From a virus (Duplodnaviria > Heunggongvirae > Uroviricota > Caudoviricetes), in the IMG/VR virus record IMGVR_UViG_2925891887_000008: a stretch of 38,557 nucleotides of DNA, one strand, 5' to 3'. Positions 1-9,276 of this stretch are shown here, piece by piece. The position numbers were made by a program, and so were the translations under genes. Numbering within the stretch: position 1 is the first letter of the stretch; every line of letters begins with the position of its first letter. The notes below the pieces were generated by a model. The model was not told the origin of the DNA. It made no database searches and worked only from the letters and a program-made list of their open reading frames with translations.

Positions 1-288
1 TCAATGGTTGGCGTCATTATCTTTTTCTCTTTCTGAACGTGAATATTGCGGTGGACGGTTCATCAGCTGTGGGGCAAGACGTTTTGCCACCTGAAGAATA
101 ACCACCACCGCAGCGGGAAGCATGAGCAAAACACCGAGAAAAATCATCAGAATCTGCACTTCTGGCCGAGAAAATGGCTCAGGCAGCGACAGGGAGTCGC
201 TTACCGACAGCAGCGCCACCGCCAGTAGCATCATTCCGATAAATTCCAGTATCAACACGCCTTTAGGCAATTTACCGATCGCGCGCAT
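1..288 (-). CDS. ybjC: YbjC, small inner-membrane protein
   Basis: Complete 95-aa ORF with its stop at 1-3. The sequence MRAIGKLPKGVLILEF... is recognised as E. coli YbjC. It has two hydrophobic helices and lies divergent from grxA, as in K-12. Confidence 0.85.
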   Translation of the reverse strand: MRAIGKLPKGVLILEFIGMMLLAVALLSVSDSLSLPEPFSRPEVQILMIFLGVLLMLPAAVVVILQVAKRLAPQLMNRPPQYSRSEREKDNDANH

Positions 289-351
289 ACGCTTCCCTCT
301 GCAAAGTGAGCCTTCAGTCTAAAACTTTTCACTGTATTGTGTTTAACAGTT

Positions 352-388
352 ATAGCTTTTAGCAATTAATGCAACAGGTTAAACCTAC
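352..388. promoter_or_regulatory. Candidate OxyR binding site in the grxA promoter
   Basis: ATAGCTTTTAGCAAT-N7-ACAGGTTAAACCTAC matches most positions of the ATAGnTnnnAnCTAT-N7-ATAGnTnnnAnCTAT consensus. grxA is a known OxyR regulon member. The site lies about 60 bp upstream of the ATG. Confidence 0.45.
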
Positions 389-447
389 TTTCAGCGAATA
401 CATTTTAGCGTGATCATTACAGGCATAAATCTATGAGGAGAGAAATA

Positions 448-705
448 ATGCAAACCGTTATTTTTGGTCGTTCGGGTTGCCCTTACTGTGTGCGTGCAAA
501 AGATCTGGCTGAGAAATTGAGCAATGAACGCGATGATTTTCAGTATCAGTATGTAGATATTCGTGCGGAAGGGATCACTAAAGAAGATCTACAACAAAAG
601 GCAGGTAAACCCGTAGAAACCGTGCCGCAGATTTTTGTCGATCAGCAACATATCGGCGGCTATACCGATTTTGCTGCATGGGTGAAAGAAAATCTGGACG
701 CCTGA
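448..705 (+). CDS. grxA: Glutaredoxin 1
   Basis: The ORF track starts at 433. ATG 448, preceded by AGGAG, gives the 85-aa MQTVIFGRSGCPYCVRAK... with the CPYC active site, recognised as E. coli GrxA. Confidence 0.95.
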   Translation: MQTVIFGRSGCPYCVRAKDLAEKLSNERDDFQYQYVDIRAEGITKEDLQQKAGKPVETVPQIFVDQQHIGGYTDFAAWVKENLDA

Positions 706-714
706 TCGTCTGAC

Positions 715-735
715 AAGCCCTCGCGTTGAGGGCTT
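715..735. terminator. Bidirectional stem-loop between the convergent genes grxA and ybjM
   Basis: Stem AAGCCCTC, loop gcgtt, stem GAGGGCTT, followed by a T-rich run (tactgatttttt). Confidence 0.5.
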
Positions 736-1112
736 TACTGATTTTTTCTGTGCTGTGGTTTAAACAAACTACTGATAAATAAGAAACACAGTGCCCCCAG
801 CGCACACCAGAACACCGCGCTTAGTAACCATGCCAGCTCTTGCCAGAATGAGCGCGTCGGTGAAAAAAACAGCCGCATAATGAGCATCGAACAGGGTGCC
901 GCCAGCATTGCGCCAAACAGAGGTTTCAGGACTTCTCTACGCTGTGAAAAGAAGCTGGCGACTGCTCCAGGAAGAATGAAAAATAGCAAGCCGATTTCAG
1001 GATGCCCGGCAGCCCGAAAAGCGCCTTTCATGTGCGTCGCCAGAAAAAGGCACACCACAATGAAGAGGACAAAACAGCAGATTGCCCCCGCCCAACGTTG
1101 TTTATGTTTCAC
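735..1112 (-). CDS. ybjM: YbjM, inner-membrane protein
   Basis: 125-aa ORF that is strongly hydrophobic (about 4 transmembrane helices). Its position between grxA and ybjL matches K-12 synteny. Confidence 0.8.
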   Translation of the reverse strand: MKHKQRWAGAICCFVLFIVVCLFLATHMKGAFRAAGHPEIGLLFFILPGAVASFFSQRREVLKPLFGAMLAAPCSMLIMRLFFSPTRSFWQELAWLLSAVFWCALGALCFLFISSLFKPQHRKNQ

Positions 1113-1381
1113 TCGTTCCTCCTGACACTGCGTCTATCGAACACATTTTTCGCCAGTGTGGCGTTCAGTAAGATAAAGCCGCTTCGCATTCCATGCTAAT
1201 ATAGGCCAACGCAATTCATATAGCCGTTGATACCTAATGTGATTACACTAGTAAAATATATTGTTACTTTACTATCGTTTAGGTGCGCTGAATGAATCTG
1301 CGCCCTGAATTCTGGTAAAAAACATTATCGTAAATTACCATTTCTTTCAACAGCTTACTAGTAAACAAGAAGTTAGCCTCC

Positions 1382-3067
1382 GTGAATATAAACGTCGCCG
1401 AATTGTTAAATGGGAATTACATTTTGTTATTATTTGTGGTCCTCGCGCTTGGGCTATGTCTCGGAAAGTTACGACTTGGTTCGATCCAACTGGGTAATTC
1501 CATTGGCGTTTTAGTCGTATCGCTGTTATTAGGCCAACAACATTTCAGCATTAACACCGATGCGCTTAATCTTGGCTTTATGCTGTTTATTTTCTGCGTC
1601 GGGGTCGAAGCCGGACCGAACTTTTTTTCCATTTTTTTTCGCGATGGGAAAAATTACCTAATGTTAGCACTGGTGATGGTTGGCAGTGCGCTGGTGATCG
1701 CCTTAGGGTTAGGTAAGCTGTTTGGCTGGGATATTGGCCTGACGGCCGGTATGTTAGCAGGCTCTATGACGTCGACACCGGTTCTGGTCGGTGCTGGCGA
1801 TACACTGCGTCATTCCGGCATGGAAAGCAGGCAGCTCTCACTGGCACTGGATAATCTGAGCCTCGGGTATGCCTTAACCTATTTAATCGGTCTGGTGAGT
1901 TTGATTGTTGGTGCGCGTTACTTGCCGAAATTGCAGCATCAGGACTTACAGACCAGCGCCCAGCAAATCGCCCGCGAACGTGGCCTGGACACTGATGCCA
2001 ACCGTAAGGTTTATTTACCGGTGATCCGCGCCTATCGCGTCGGCCCGGAGCTGGTGGCCTGGACCGACGGCAAAAATCTGCGTGAACTGGGTATTTATCG
2101 ACAAACCGGCTGCTACATTGAACGTATTCGACGTAACGGGATTCTGGCAAATCCAGACGGTGATGCCGTGCTACAAATGGGCGATGAAATAGCGTTGGTA
2201 GGCTATCCCGACGCCCATGCCCGACTCGATCCCAGCTTCCGTAACGGTAAAGAAGTTTTCGATCGTGACCTTCTCGACATGCGTATCGTCACTGAAGAAG
2301 TGGTCGTTAAAAACCATAACGCTGTAGGTAAACGTCTCGCACAACTGAAGTTGACCGATCACGGTTGCTTCCTTAACCGCGTCATTCGTAGCCAGATTGA
2401 GATGCCGATAGATGACAACGTCGTGCTTAACAAAGGTGACGTTTTACAAGTCAGCGGTGATGCCCGTCGCGTAAAAACCATCGCCGATCGCATCGGCTTT
2501 ATCTCGATTCACAGCCAGGTCACTGACCTGCTGGCATTTTGCGCCTTCTTTGTTATTGGGCTGATGATCGGGATGATCACCTTCCAGTTCAGCACATTCA
2601 GTTTCGGCATGGGGAACGCTGCCGGGTTGTTATTCGCCGGAATTATGCTGGGCTTTATGCGTGCTAACCACCCGACCTTCGGTTACATTCCGCAAGGTGC
2701 ATTAAGCATGGTGAAAGAGTTCGGCTTGATGGTGTTTATGGCAGGCGTTGGTCTGAGCGCCGGTAGCGGTATTAATAACGGCCTGGGCGCGATTGGCGGT
2801 CAGATGTTGATTGCCGGATTAATTGTCAGTCTTGTGCCCGTGGTTATCTGTTTCTTGTTCGGTGCTTATGTATTGCGAATGAACCGCGCACTGTTGTTCG
2901 GCGCAATGATGGGCGCACGCACCTGCGCGCCGGCAATGGAGATCATCAGTGATACAGCTCGCAGTAACATCCCTGCGCTGGGCTATGCGGGCACCTACGC
3001 AATCGCCAACGTCCTGCTGACGCTGGCAGGGACAATCATCGTCATGGTATGGCCAGGATTAGGATAA
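1382..3067 (+). CDS. ybjL: YbjL, putative AAE-family transporter with two TrkA-C domains
   Basis: 561-aa ORF with a GTG start. [24 protein letters not shown]... is recognised as E. coli YbjL. Hydrophobic N- and C-terminal halves flank a soluble central region. Confidence 0.95.
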
Positions 3068-3110
3068 AACTGAAGTTGCCCTGAAAATGAAATTTTTTTG
3101 CACAACCGCA

Positions 3111-3137
3111 GAACTTTTCCGCAGGGCATCAGTCTTA
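3111..3137 (+). promoter_or_regulatory. Sigma-E-type promoter of rybB
   Basis: GAACTT (3111-3116) and TCTTA (3133-3137) are 16 nt apart, and the -10 ends 6 nt before the RybB 5' end. This matches the GGAACTT-N16-TCNAA sigma-E consensus. rybB is a known sigma-E target. Confidence 0.6.
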
Positions 3138-3143
3138 ATTAAT

Positions 3144-3222
3144 GCCACTGCTTTTCTTTGATGTCCCCATTTTGTGGAGCCCATCAACCCCGCCATTTCG
3201 GTTCAAGGTTGATGGGTTTTTT
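3144..3222 (+). ncRNA. rybB: RybB small regulatory RNA (Hfq-dependent, represses OMP mRNAs)
   Basis: GCCACTGCTTTTCTTTGATGTCCCCATTTTGTGGAGCCCATCAACCCCGCCATTTCGGTTCAAGGTTGATGGGTTTTTT is recognised as the RybB sequence. It ends in a terminator hairpin (CCCATCAACC/GGTTGATGGG) plus a U-tract and lies downstream of ybjL, as in K-12. Confidence 0.85.
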
Positions 3223-3280
3223 GTTGCCTAAAATTTATTCTATTTAAAATCATGAGGTTAGAAGCACTGTTTTTTAACGA

Positions 3281-3302
3281 TGGCGACAAAATGGCGGCAG
3301 CG
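3281..3302. repeat. Prophage attachment-site core, ogr-proximal copy
   Basis: TGGCGACAAAATGGCGGCAGCG is repeated at 38518-38539 with one mismatch (A3291 versus G38528). It abuts the ogr stop codon. Confidence 0.6.
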
Positions 3303-3521
3303 TCAAAGAGAGAGCGCCACCTGTCCTGATTTCATTGGATGCGGCTGAACCGGATTTGACTCTTTTGGCGTTGCAATCGAACGAACAAAAGTTTCATGGG
3401 TAACAAAAGTATGGCTGCAGTTAATATTCTGGCACTGGTTGTAACGCTCTTTGGTCAATGAAGATACCTGAAAACTGCTGCGAGTATGGGCGGCACTTCC
3501 ACACAGTGGGCAAATCATCAT
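3303..3521 (-). CDS. ogr: Late-gene transcriptional activator, Ogr (P2) / B (186) zinc-finger family
   Basis: Cys-X2-Cys-X22-Cys-X4-Cys motif (CPLCGSAAHTRSS...CQNINCSHTF), similar to P2 Ogr. I prefer the internal ATG at 3521 (72 aa, GGGGAGA upstream) over the track start at 3554. Confidence 0.85.
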   Translation of the reverse strand: MMICPLCGSAAHTRSSFQVSSLTKERYNQCQNINCSHTFVTHETFVRSIATPKESNPVQPHPMKSGQVALSL

Positions 3522-3611
3522 TTTTCGAGTTCTCCCCATTTTTGCTAAATTCACAATAATGATACCGCATTATTCCATTTTGCAAACTTAAAAGTTCTCC
3601 ATTGCGAAGAA

Positions 3612-4712
3612 TCATTCCATTTCGAAATCATCAATCCTCACTTCAAGCTCCAGACTGGTCGTAAAACCGTTATCCGGGCTGACGGTATGCGTCAGAGTCG
3701 TAATGGTCCATTCCGCATCATCTATCGGCTGTTTAAAGCCACTGACTTTCACTGGCATTTCCGTGTAGAGATCTGCCCGACCTTCCGCCAGTTGTAGCGA
3801 GAATGACGCAACGCCGCGTTGCAGGCGTTCCCACTGCATTTTCGCCGCTCGTTCGGCGTTGCTCCGGTTGGCATAAGTGCGATTAAGTACCAGCACGTTT
3901 TCATCCGTACCCACCAGGTAATCGCCCTGCTTCGCTTCCGGCTCTTTCTTCTGCTTCTTAGTCCTGCGCTTACGCTTCACCGTGGTGCTTTCTTTCTTCG
4001 AGGGTTCGCGAGTATGCAACCAGCTGGCAATTACGCCCGTGTAAGCTCCGCGATCTGCCAGGGTAAAGCGGTGACTGTCGCCGTCCTTACGTGTGATAGT
4101 GATCACCGGCAGTGGTTTACCGCTGGCACTTTTACCCTGTCCCTGTCGGATGAATAACAGATTGCCATTTTTCACTGACGCGATAGCACCGTACTGGCGC
4201 GCCAGCCGCATCAGAAAACTGCCGTCACTCTCATTAGTCTGGTCTATATGTTCCACGGGCTTATCCGACAGGTCATTACCCAGTGCCATCTTCAGCTTGT
4301 GACGCGCGGCTATTTCCTTGACCACTTCCCCGACAGTGGTCTTGTGCCACGACTTTTCACGGCGGGTATTCAGCGTTTCACGAAAATCAGCACTTCGCGC
4401 CCGGATAGTCAGGCGGTCCGGTGCGCCAGTGTGTTCAATCTCGTCCACCGTGAATGCCCCTTTCGGGAAAAGCGGCTGCCCCTTCCAGCCCAGCGCCAGC
4501 GTAATGACCGCACCACGGCGCGGCAGCGCTATTTTTCCATCGGCGTCGTCCAGCTCCAGATCAAGCTGGTCCGCTTCAAAGCCCCGGTTATCCGTCAGCG
4601 TCAGCCTCATCAGGCGGTTATCCAGCACAGTGGTGATATCCCTGCCCTCAATACTGATGCTGAATGCGGGAGTTTTGTTGCCTTTGTTAAGCAGTTCAGA
4701 GCTGAAATTCAC
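3612..4712 (-). CDS. D: Tail protein D (late control D family, baseplate hub-like)
   Basis: 366-aa ORF in the P2 gpD position between ogr and U. Start and stop codons overlap its neighbours. Confidence 0.8.
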   Translation of the reverse strand: MNFSSELLNKGNKTPAFSISIEGRDITTVLDNRLMRLTLTDNRGFEADQLDLELDDADGKIALPRRGAVITLALGWKGQPLFPKGAFTVDEIEHTGAPDRLTIRARSADFRETLNTRREKSWHKTTVGEVVKEIAARHKLKMALGNDLSDKPVEHIDQTNESDGSFLMRLARQYGAIASVKNGNLLFIRQGQGKSASGKPLPVITITRKDGDSHRFTLADRGAYTGVIASWLHTREPSKKESTTVKRKRRTKKQKKEPEAKQGDYLVGTDENVLVLNRTYANRSNAERAAKMQWERLQRGVASFSLQLAEGRADLYTEMPVKVSGFKQPIDDAEWTITTLTHTVSPDNGFTTSLELEVRIDDFEME

Positions 4713-5194
4713 GACAGCAGCCCTCCCACCGTTTTACTGATATCACTTAAGGCAGATGTTGCCGTGTCCTGCAGATTATTCAGTTGCGTACTGAGATCAC
4801 CGAACATATCGGACAGGGATTCATCCACCCGTTTGAGCGACAGGGTGAACTCAATCCGCCGCGGCATACCGTCGCGGAAAAACTCCGTTTTAGTCAGATT
4901 CAGTCCCTCAATCACATACATGCCGTAAATCGTGCCGCTGCCTTCAATCAGGGGCCATGCTTTTCCCTGTTCTGCCATCTGCTCCAGAGCCAGCAACGAC
5001 AGCCTGCCGCCCGTTATCTCCGGCATAAGAACACCAGAAAGCGTCAGCATGTCGTTGTCCGGTCCCAGAAACTGCGTGGACGGACGACGGTTTACCCGGC
5101 TGTTTGCCGCATGTCGCCAGCTGCGTTGATACTGCAGTTCCTGATACGGAACGGTGCGCAGCATAAACACGTACAATCCCAGCACCATCATCAT
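4709..5194 (-). CDS. U: Tail protein U
   Basis: 161 aa (P2 gpU is about 159 aa). It is syntenic between T and D, with 4-nt overlaps on both sides. Confidence 0.8.
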   Translation of the reverse strand: MMMVLGLYVFMLRTVPYQELQYQRSWRHAANSRVNRRPSTQFLGPDNDMLTLSGVLMPEITGGRLSLLALEQMAEQGKAWPLIEGSGTIYGMYVIEGLNLTKTEFFRDGMPRRIEFTLSLKRVDESLSDMFGDLSTQLNNLQDTATSALSDISKTVGGLLS

Positions 5195-8100
5195 GCGTCG
5201 TATCCCCCCTGATCGCTGTAGTTACTCCTGGCTTTTGCCTTCAGCCTGCGTTCACGTTCATCAAGCTGGCGTGCCACCTCCCGCGCAATATCCTGCGCAC
5301 TTTGTCCTGGCTGCATCTGAATGATGATCTGCGTCGGTGCCTCAATCCTGTAAACGGGCGGCACAGTGGCTGCACGACTCACCATCGCTTCGCCGCCTTT
5401 CGCGGGAAGTGCCAAAGGATGCAACGGTGGAAGCTCTGCAGGCGCGGCAGCAACGCCCATCATTCCGGCAACAACGGCAGCCAGTGCAGCTGTATTTCTC
5501 CGGCTGGTCACATTTGCCGGGCCGTTAACAATTTCCGGCCCGTTTTCACCGACGATGCCAAACTGCCCGCGCGGGATATAGCCGCCGCTGTCATACATCC
5601 CCGCAAAGCCATATCCCCATGACGGAAAACCACCCGATGGCATCATCACTTTACCGTTTGTATTCACCGTCGCAGGTTGCTGACGCGTCACACTTTCCGG
5701 TAGTTTCGCCTTTGCGGCCTCTTTACTGACAACGCCGAGTTTCTCCAGCAACCAGGAAACGCCGGATTTCAGGGAGTCCAGCGGATGCATGACCATATTC
5801 AGCCCTTCCGCCAGTGCCTCCCCGAATCGCCGCCCCATTGCCGCTGCACTCTGCAGTTCGGCAGAGGTTGACTTAACGGGCGTCAGCAGATCAGTAAACC
5901 AGCCCCACAGCGCCTGTACTTTGTCGCCAATCCACTGGAACACGGGCTTAAGCGGTTCGAATGCTGCACTGACGGGACCTGCCGCCGCTTTGAATCCTTC
6001 CACCACGCCACCAAGAAATGCGGTGATGGGTTGCCAGTATTTCCAGACAACCAGCGCCACGCCCGCCAGTGCAGTAACCACAAGACCTATCGGACTGAGC
6101 AGAGCACCTAACAGACCAGATACGGCATACAGGGCAACGCGCAGCATCGCCAGTGGACCAGATGCCAGTACTCGCAGCACCGTGCCTGCGGCGGCCAGTC
6201 CACCACGCAGTACCGCCAGAGGATTCATAAACATCACAGCAACAGCACGTAAACCGGATAATCCAGACCGCAAAAGTGCAACCGGCGCACCTGCTACAGT
6301 TTTCAGGACATTTCCCGTCAGTGATGCCGTGCGGCGCAAAGACGACAACGGCGCAGTAAGTAAACCCGCAGCGTGGCCCGATGAAGCAAGCCCGCGTCGC
6401 AGCAGTGCCAGTGGTGCGCCAGCCAGCCAGGACAACGCGCTGCTGGTTCGAGTTACTGCTGCCGTAACGGAAGGTAACGTTTTGATACCCAGCACAGAGA
6501 ACCCCAGACGGATCACTGCCAGCGGCCCCAGCACTGCAGCTAACACCACCGCTAAGGTGCCGAGGCCCACGGTAACCGCAGCCACAACAGCCGCCGCTTT
6601 CATCAGTGTGCCCGTCAGTTCCGGGTTAGCTTCCACCCAGCGACGCAACGCCCCCGTGACGCTTTTCACCGTGAACAGAATATCCATCAGCGGCTGGCGC
6701 AGCGTTTCGCCCAGGCTGCTGAAGGTGTTCTGCGCTCCGGTTTTGACCAGCAACCACTGAGCAGAAAGTGAGTCTTTGTTGATGTCGGATTCTTTCTGCA
6801 TGGAGCCGAGCGCATCATTGCCCGCTGTCAGTTTTAGCTGGCGCTGCAGTTCCGGCAGGTTGTTTGCCAGTTTCGCCGCGTCATCGCCAAACTCTTTACC
6901 AAACAACATGGTCATGGCAGACAGGCGCTTATCCTGCGGCAGCGCGTTCACCTTCTCCAGCACGCGCTGGATGGTTCCCATCGCATCCTTCGTCATCTGC
7001 TTTTCAATCACTTCAGGATTGAGTTTCAGCAGATTCATCCCTTCAAAGAAACTCTTGCTCTGCATGGTGGCAATGGACAATTCACGCACCATCGCGTTTG
7101 CTGCACTGGCTGCAACCTCTGGCGCAGCGCCCAGTGTCAGGAAGGTGGAACCCAGCGCCGCCGCTTTACGATAATCCAGACGATCAGCCACACCGCCCAG
7201 GCGTTGCATGACATCAATGATGTCTGCCCCTTTCGACATGGCGTTATCATCCAGATAGTTCAGCGCATCACCGAGCTGTTCAATATTGCGGGTAGGGATT
7301 TTGTAGAGCTGGGCGATTTTCCCCAGACTTTCTGACAGTTCATCCGCTGGCAGCTCAAAGGCTGTTGCCGCCTTTGCTGCCGTACTGGCGAAGGCCAGCA
7401 GGTCACGTTTCTGGTCCTCCCAGCTGTCGTCAGGGTTTGCAACGTTCATACGCGCACCACCTTCAACCAGTGCAGCGAAGTCCACCGCACCGTTTTCCAT
7501 CGGCAACTGTTCGCTGGCAGCTTTGATGGCATCCTGCATTTCATAAAAACGTGCAGTGCGGTTGCCATTATCGTCACGCAGACCATTGACCTGCTTTGCC
7601 ACACCTTTCATGGCATCTTCCATGCTGGTATAGCTTTTTACTGCCGCCATCACTGGCGTCCCCATTGCCAGCCCTGCCGCCGTGGTGGTGGCTCCGGTTC
7701 CTGCGATGCGATCGCGCACCTCCAGCGAACGGGCATAACTGGCACGCGCTGCATTCATCCTGCGCTGAGCTTCCCCCAGTCGCTTCAGCCGCGCCTCCTG
7801 TTTCGACAGTTCCTGGTTATAACGTGATGTTTCACGGGCTAAACGGGCAGTTGCTCCCGCATCATCTTTCGCAGAAATTCCCGCCCGGTACAGTTCTGCA
7901 CGCACAAGCGCCGTTTGCTTCTGCAAATATTTTTGTTGTTCTTCCAGGCGTTGGACTGCCAGTGTTTGCCGACCTAAAGCCACAAGGTGCCGTTGTGATG
8001 GTTGTTCCATCGCTTCCAGCTCAGAACTAAGCAAATTTGCCTTCTGTCTGGCATAGTTCAGCCTGTCGCCTAACTTTTTGTTATCGGCCTGCAGCTTGCG

Positions 8101-8268
8101 AAATTTTTCCAGGCTGTTACCCGCCTGATTGAGTTGCTTTAATGCGTCACGGGAGTTTCTGATTGCGCCAGCCAGCTCTTTCGAACTGGCCTGTGCAGCA
8201 CGGAATGGGCGGGTGAGTTTGTCAACCGCATTAAGAATGACCTGCAGGCGCAGGTTATTATCACTCAT
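5191..8268 (-). CDS. T: Tail tape measure protein T
   Basis: 1025-aa ORF following E/E+E'. It has a coiled-coil-like N-terminal half and an Ala/Gly/Leu-rich hydrophobic central region with a recurring xPLAxLRxGL motif. Confidence 0.9.
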   Translation of the reverse strand: MSDNNLRLQVILNAVDKLTRPFRAAQASSKELAGAIRNSRDALKQLNQAGNSLEKFRKLQADNKKLGDRLNYARQKANLLSSELEAMEQPSQRHLVALGRQTLAVQRLEEQQKYLQKQTALVRAELYRAGISAKDDAGATARLARETSRYNQELSKQEARLKRLGEAQRRMNAARASYARSLEVRDRIAGTGATTTAAGLAMGTPVMAAVKSYTSMEDAMKGVAKQVNGLRDDNGNRTARFYEMQDAIKAASEQLPMENGAVDFAALVEGGARMNVANPDDSWEDQKRDLLAFASTAAKAATAFELPADELSESLGKIAQLYKIPTRNIEQLGDALNYLDDNAMSKGADIIDVMQRLGGVADRLDYRKAAALGSTFLTLGAAPEVAASAANAMVRELSIATMQSKSFFEGMNLLKLNPEVIEKQMTKDAMGTIQRVLEKVNALPQDKRLSAMTMLFGKEFGDDAAKLANNLPELQRQLKLTAGNDALGSMQKESDINKDSLSAQWLLVKTGAQNTFSSLGETLRQPLMDILFTVKSVTGALRRWVEANPELTGTLMKAAAVVAAVTVGLGTLAVVLAAVLGPLAVIRLGFSVLGIKTLPSVTAAVTRTSSALSWLAGAPLALLRRGLASSGHAAGLLTAPLSSLRRTASLTGNVLKTVAGAPVALLRSGLSGLRAVAVMFMNPLAVLRGGLAAAGTVLRVLASGPLAMLRVALYAVSGLLGALLSPIGLVVTALAGVALVVWKYWQPITAFLGGVVEGFKAAAGPVSAAFEPLKPVFQWIGDKVQALWGWFTDLLTPVKSTSAELQSAAAMGRRFGEALAEGLNMVMHPLDSLKSGVSWLLEKLGVVSKEAAKAKLPESVTRQQPATVNTNGKVMMPSGGFPSWGYGFAGMYDSGGYIPRGQFGIVGENGPEIVNGPANVTSRRNTAALAAVVAGMMGVAAAPAELPPLHPLALPAKGGEAMVSRAATVPPVYRIEAPTQIIIQMQPGQSAQDIAREVARQLDERERRLKAKARSNYSDQGGYDA

Positions 8269-8697
8269 CGTTAGCCCCGCTTCTCTGAATCGCTTTATAC
8301 CGCCATTCCAGCACTTCGGTCAGCGGCATAACGTCAGTAACGGATGGCGGCCAGTGAAAGATGGTGGCGATATCAGCCACCAGATCGTCAACCGTCAGGC
8401 TGTCGGTAAACCGGCAAGCACCGACTTCTTCAACAAAAAAGTGACAACCTCAACCGACATAGCGGTGAGATCTGCCGGGTCCATCTCTGCAATTTCCTGT
8501 GCAGTCAGTGCCGGGCTGGAGATGCGGGGGATCACGGTCATCATCGCGTTCACATCCATATCCATAATGGCCTGCAGGCGTGTACCGCGCAGTGCACCAG
8601 ACTGCGGTTTACGCAGCACAATTTCGGTGATTTCCGTTTTACCGCGCTTGATAGGGGTATCCAGTTGAATAGTCTTTTCAGTCTGCTTATCGCTCAT
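8261..8697 (-). CDS. Tail assembly chaperone E+E' (-1 programmed frameshift product)
   Basis: I translated the -1 frame by hand from the TTTTTTG slip site. It stays open (VEEVGACRFTDSLTVDDLVADIATIFHWPPSVTDVMPLTEVLEWRYKAIQRSGANDE) and stops at 8261-8263, overlapping the T start. This is the conserved P2 E/E+E' arrangement. Confidence 0.7.
8395..8697 (-). CDS. E: Tail assembly chaperone E
   Basis: 100-aa ORF immediately upstream of T. It contains the slippery T6G sequence on the coding strand (forward CAAAAAA, 8434-8440). Confidence 0.8.
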   Translation of the reverse strand: MSDKQTEKTIQLDTPIKRGKTEITEIVLRKPQSGALRGTRLQAIMDMDVNAMMTVIPRISSPALTAQEIAEMDPADLTAMSVEVVTFLLKKSVLAGLPTA

Positions 8698-8751
8698 TTT
8701 GTTGTCCTGTAAATTGGGTTCTGGCGCGGAATCCCGCGCCGTTCAGATACA

Positions 8752-9267
8752 TCAGAGGCCGAGGGCGTTGCGGTGCGCTTCCATCAGGTCCACACCGTCC
8801 ACAATTTCCACCATGTTGATAAGGTCCACTTCATAGAGCACCTCACCATTGATAGTCAGCTTCGCGTAGCTGTTGGTACTGGTCACTTTGGTGGTGTTGC
8901 TTTCGCCCGTCTTCCACTCACCGGAATCCACTTCTTTGTGACGTCCGCGCACCACAAGCTCCACGGCCTGCACTTCCCCGGTATCGTCACGCTGGATAGA
9001 GCCGGTAAAGCGCAACTGGATACCATCCACCGTGGCTTTGCCCATCTGCTTAAACAGCAGCAGTTCAGTACCACCAATGGAAAATTCCGTATCCAGTGCG
9101 CCGTCATCCAGCCCCAGATCAACATCCACTGCACCCGGCATTCCGCCGCCGCGATACTTCTCATATTTGCGGGTGAATTTCGGCAGCGTCAGCGACTCAA
9201 CGATCCCCTGCCAGTTGTTCCCGTCATTAAACAGGTTCAGGTGTTTTAATTTGCGTGGTAAAGCCAT
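8752..9267 (-). CDS. FII: Tail tube protein FII
   Basis: 171 aa (P2 FII is about 172 aa), syntenic after FI. Confidence 0.85.
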   Translation of the reverse strand: MALPRKLKHLNLFNDGNNWQGIVESLTLPKFTRKYEKYRGGGMPGAVDVDLGLDDGALDTEFSIGGTELLLFKQMGKATVDGIQLRFTGSIQRDDTGEVQAVELVVRGRHKEVDSGEWKTGESNTTKVTSTNSYAKLTINGEVLYEVDLINMVEIVDGVDLMEAHRNALGL

Positions 9268-9276
9268 GTTGTCCCC

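Noticed and set aside
3252-3329. 25-codon ORF (MRLEALFFNDGDKMAAASKRERHLS) crossing the left att repeat
   Set aside because: It has no ribosome-binding site. It shares a frame with the HEPN-like ORF tail only because of the duplicated att core. I cannot tell from this window whether attB carried a real micro-gene.
4248-4928. 226-aa plus-strand ORF, plus overlapping 140-aa and 142-aa ORFs
   Set aside because: They are antisense to tail genes D and U, and the P2 synteny is fully explained by the minus-strand genes.
5789-6760. 323-aa plus-strand ORF, rich in Ala, Pro, Ser and Thr
   Set aside because: It lies entirely antisense to the tape measure gene in a GC-rich stretch. It is low-complexity, has no ribosome-binding site and has no syntenic counterpart, so I treat it as a typical shadow ORF.
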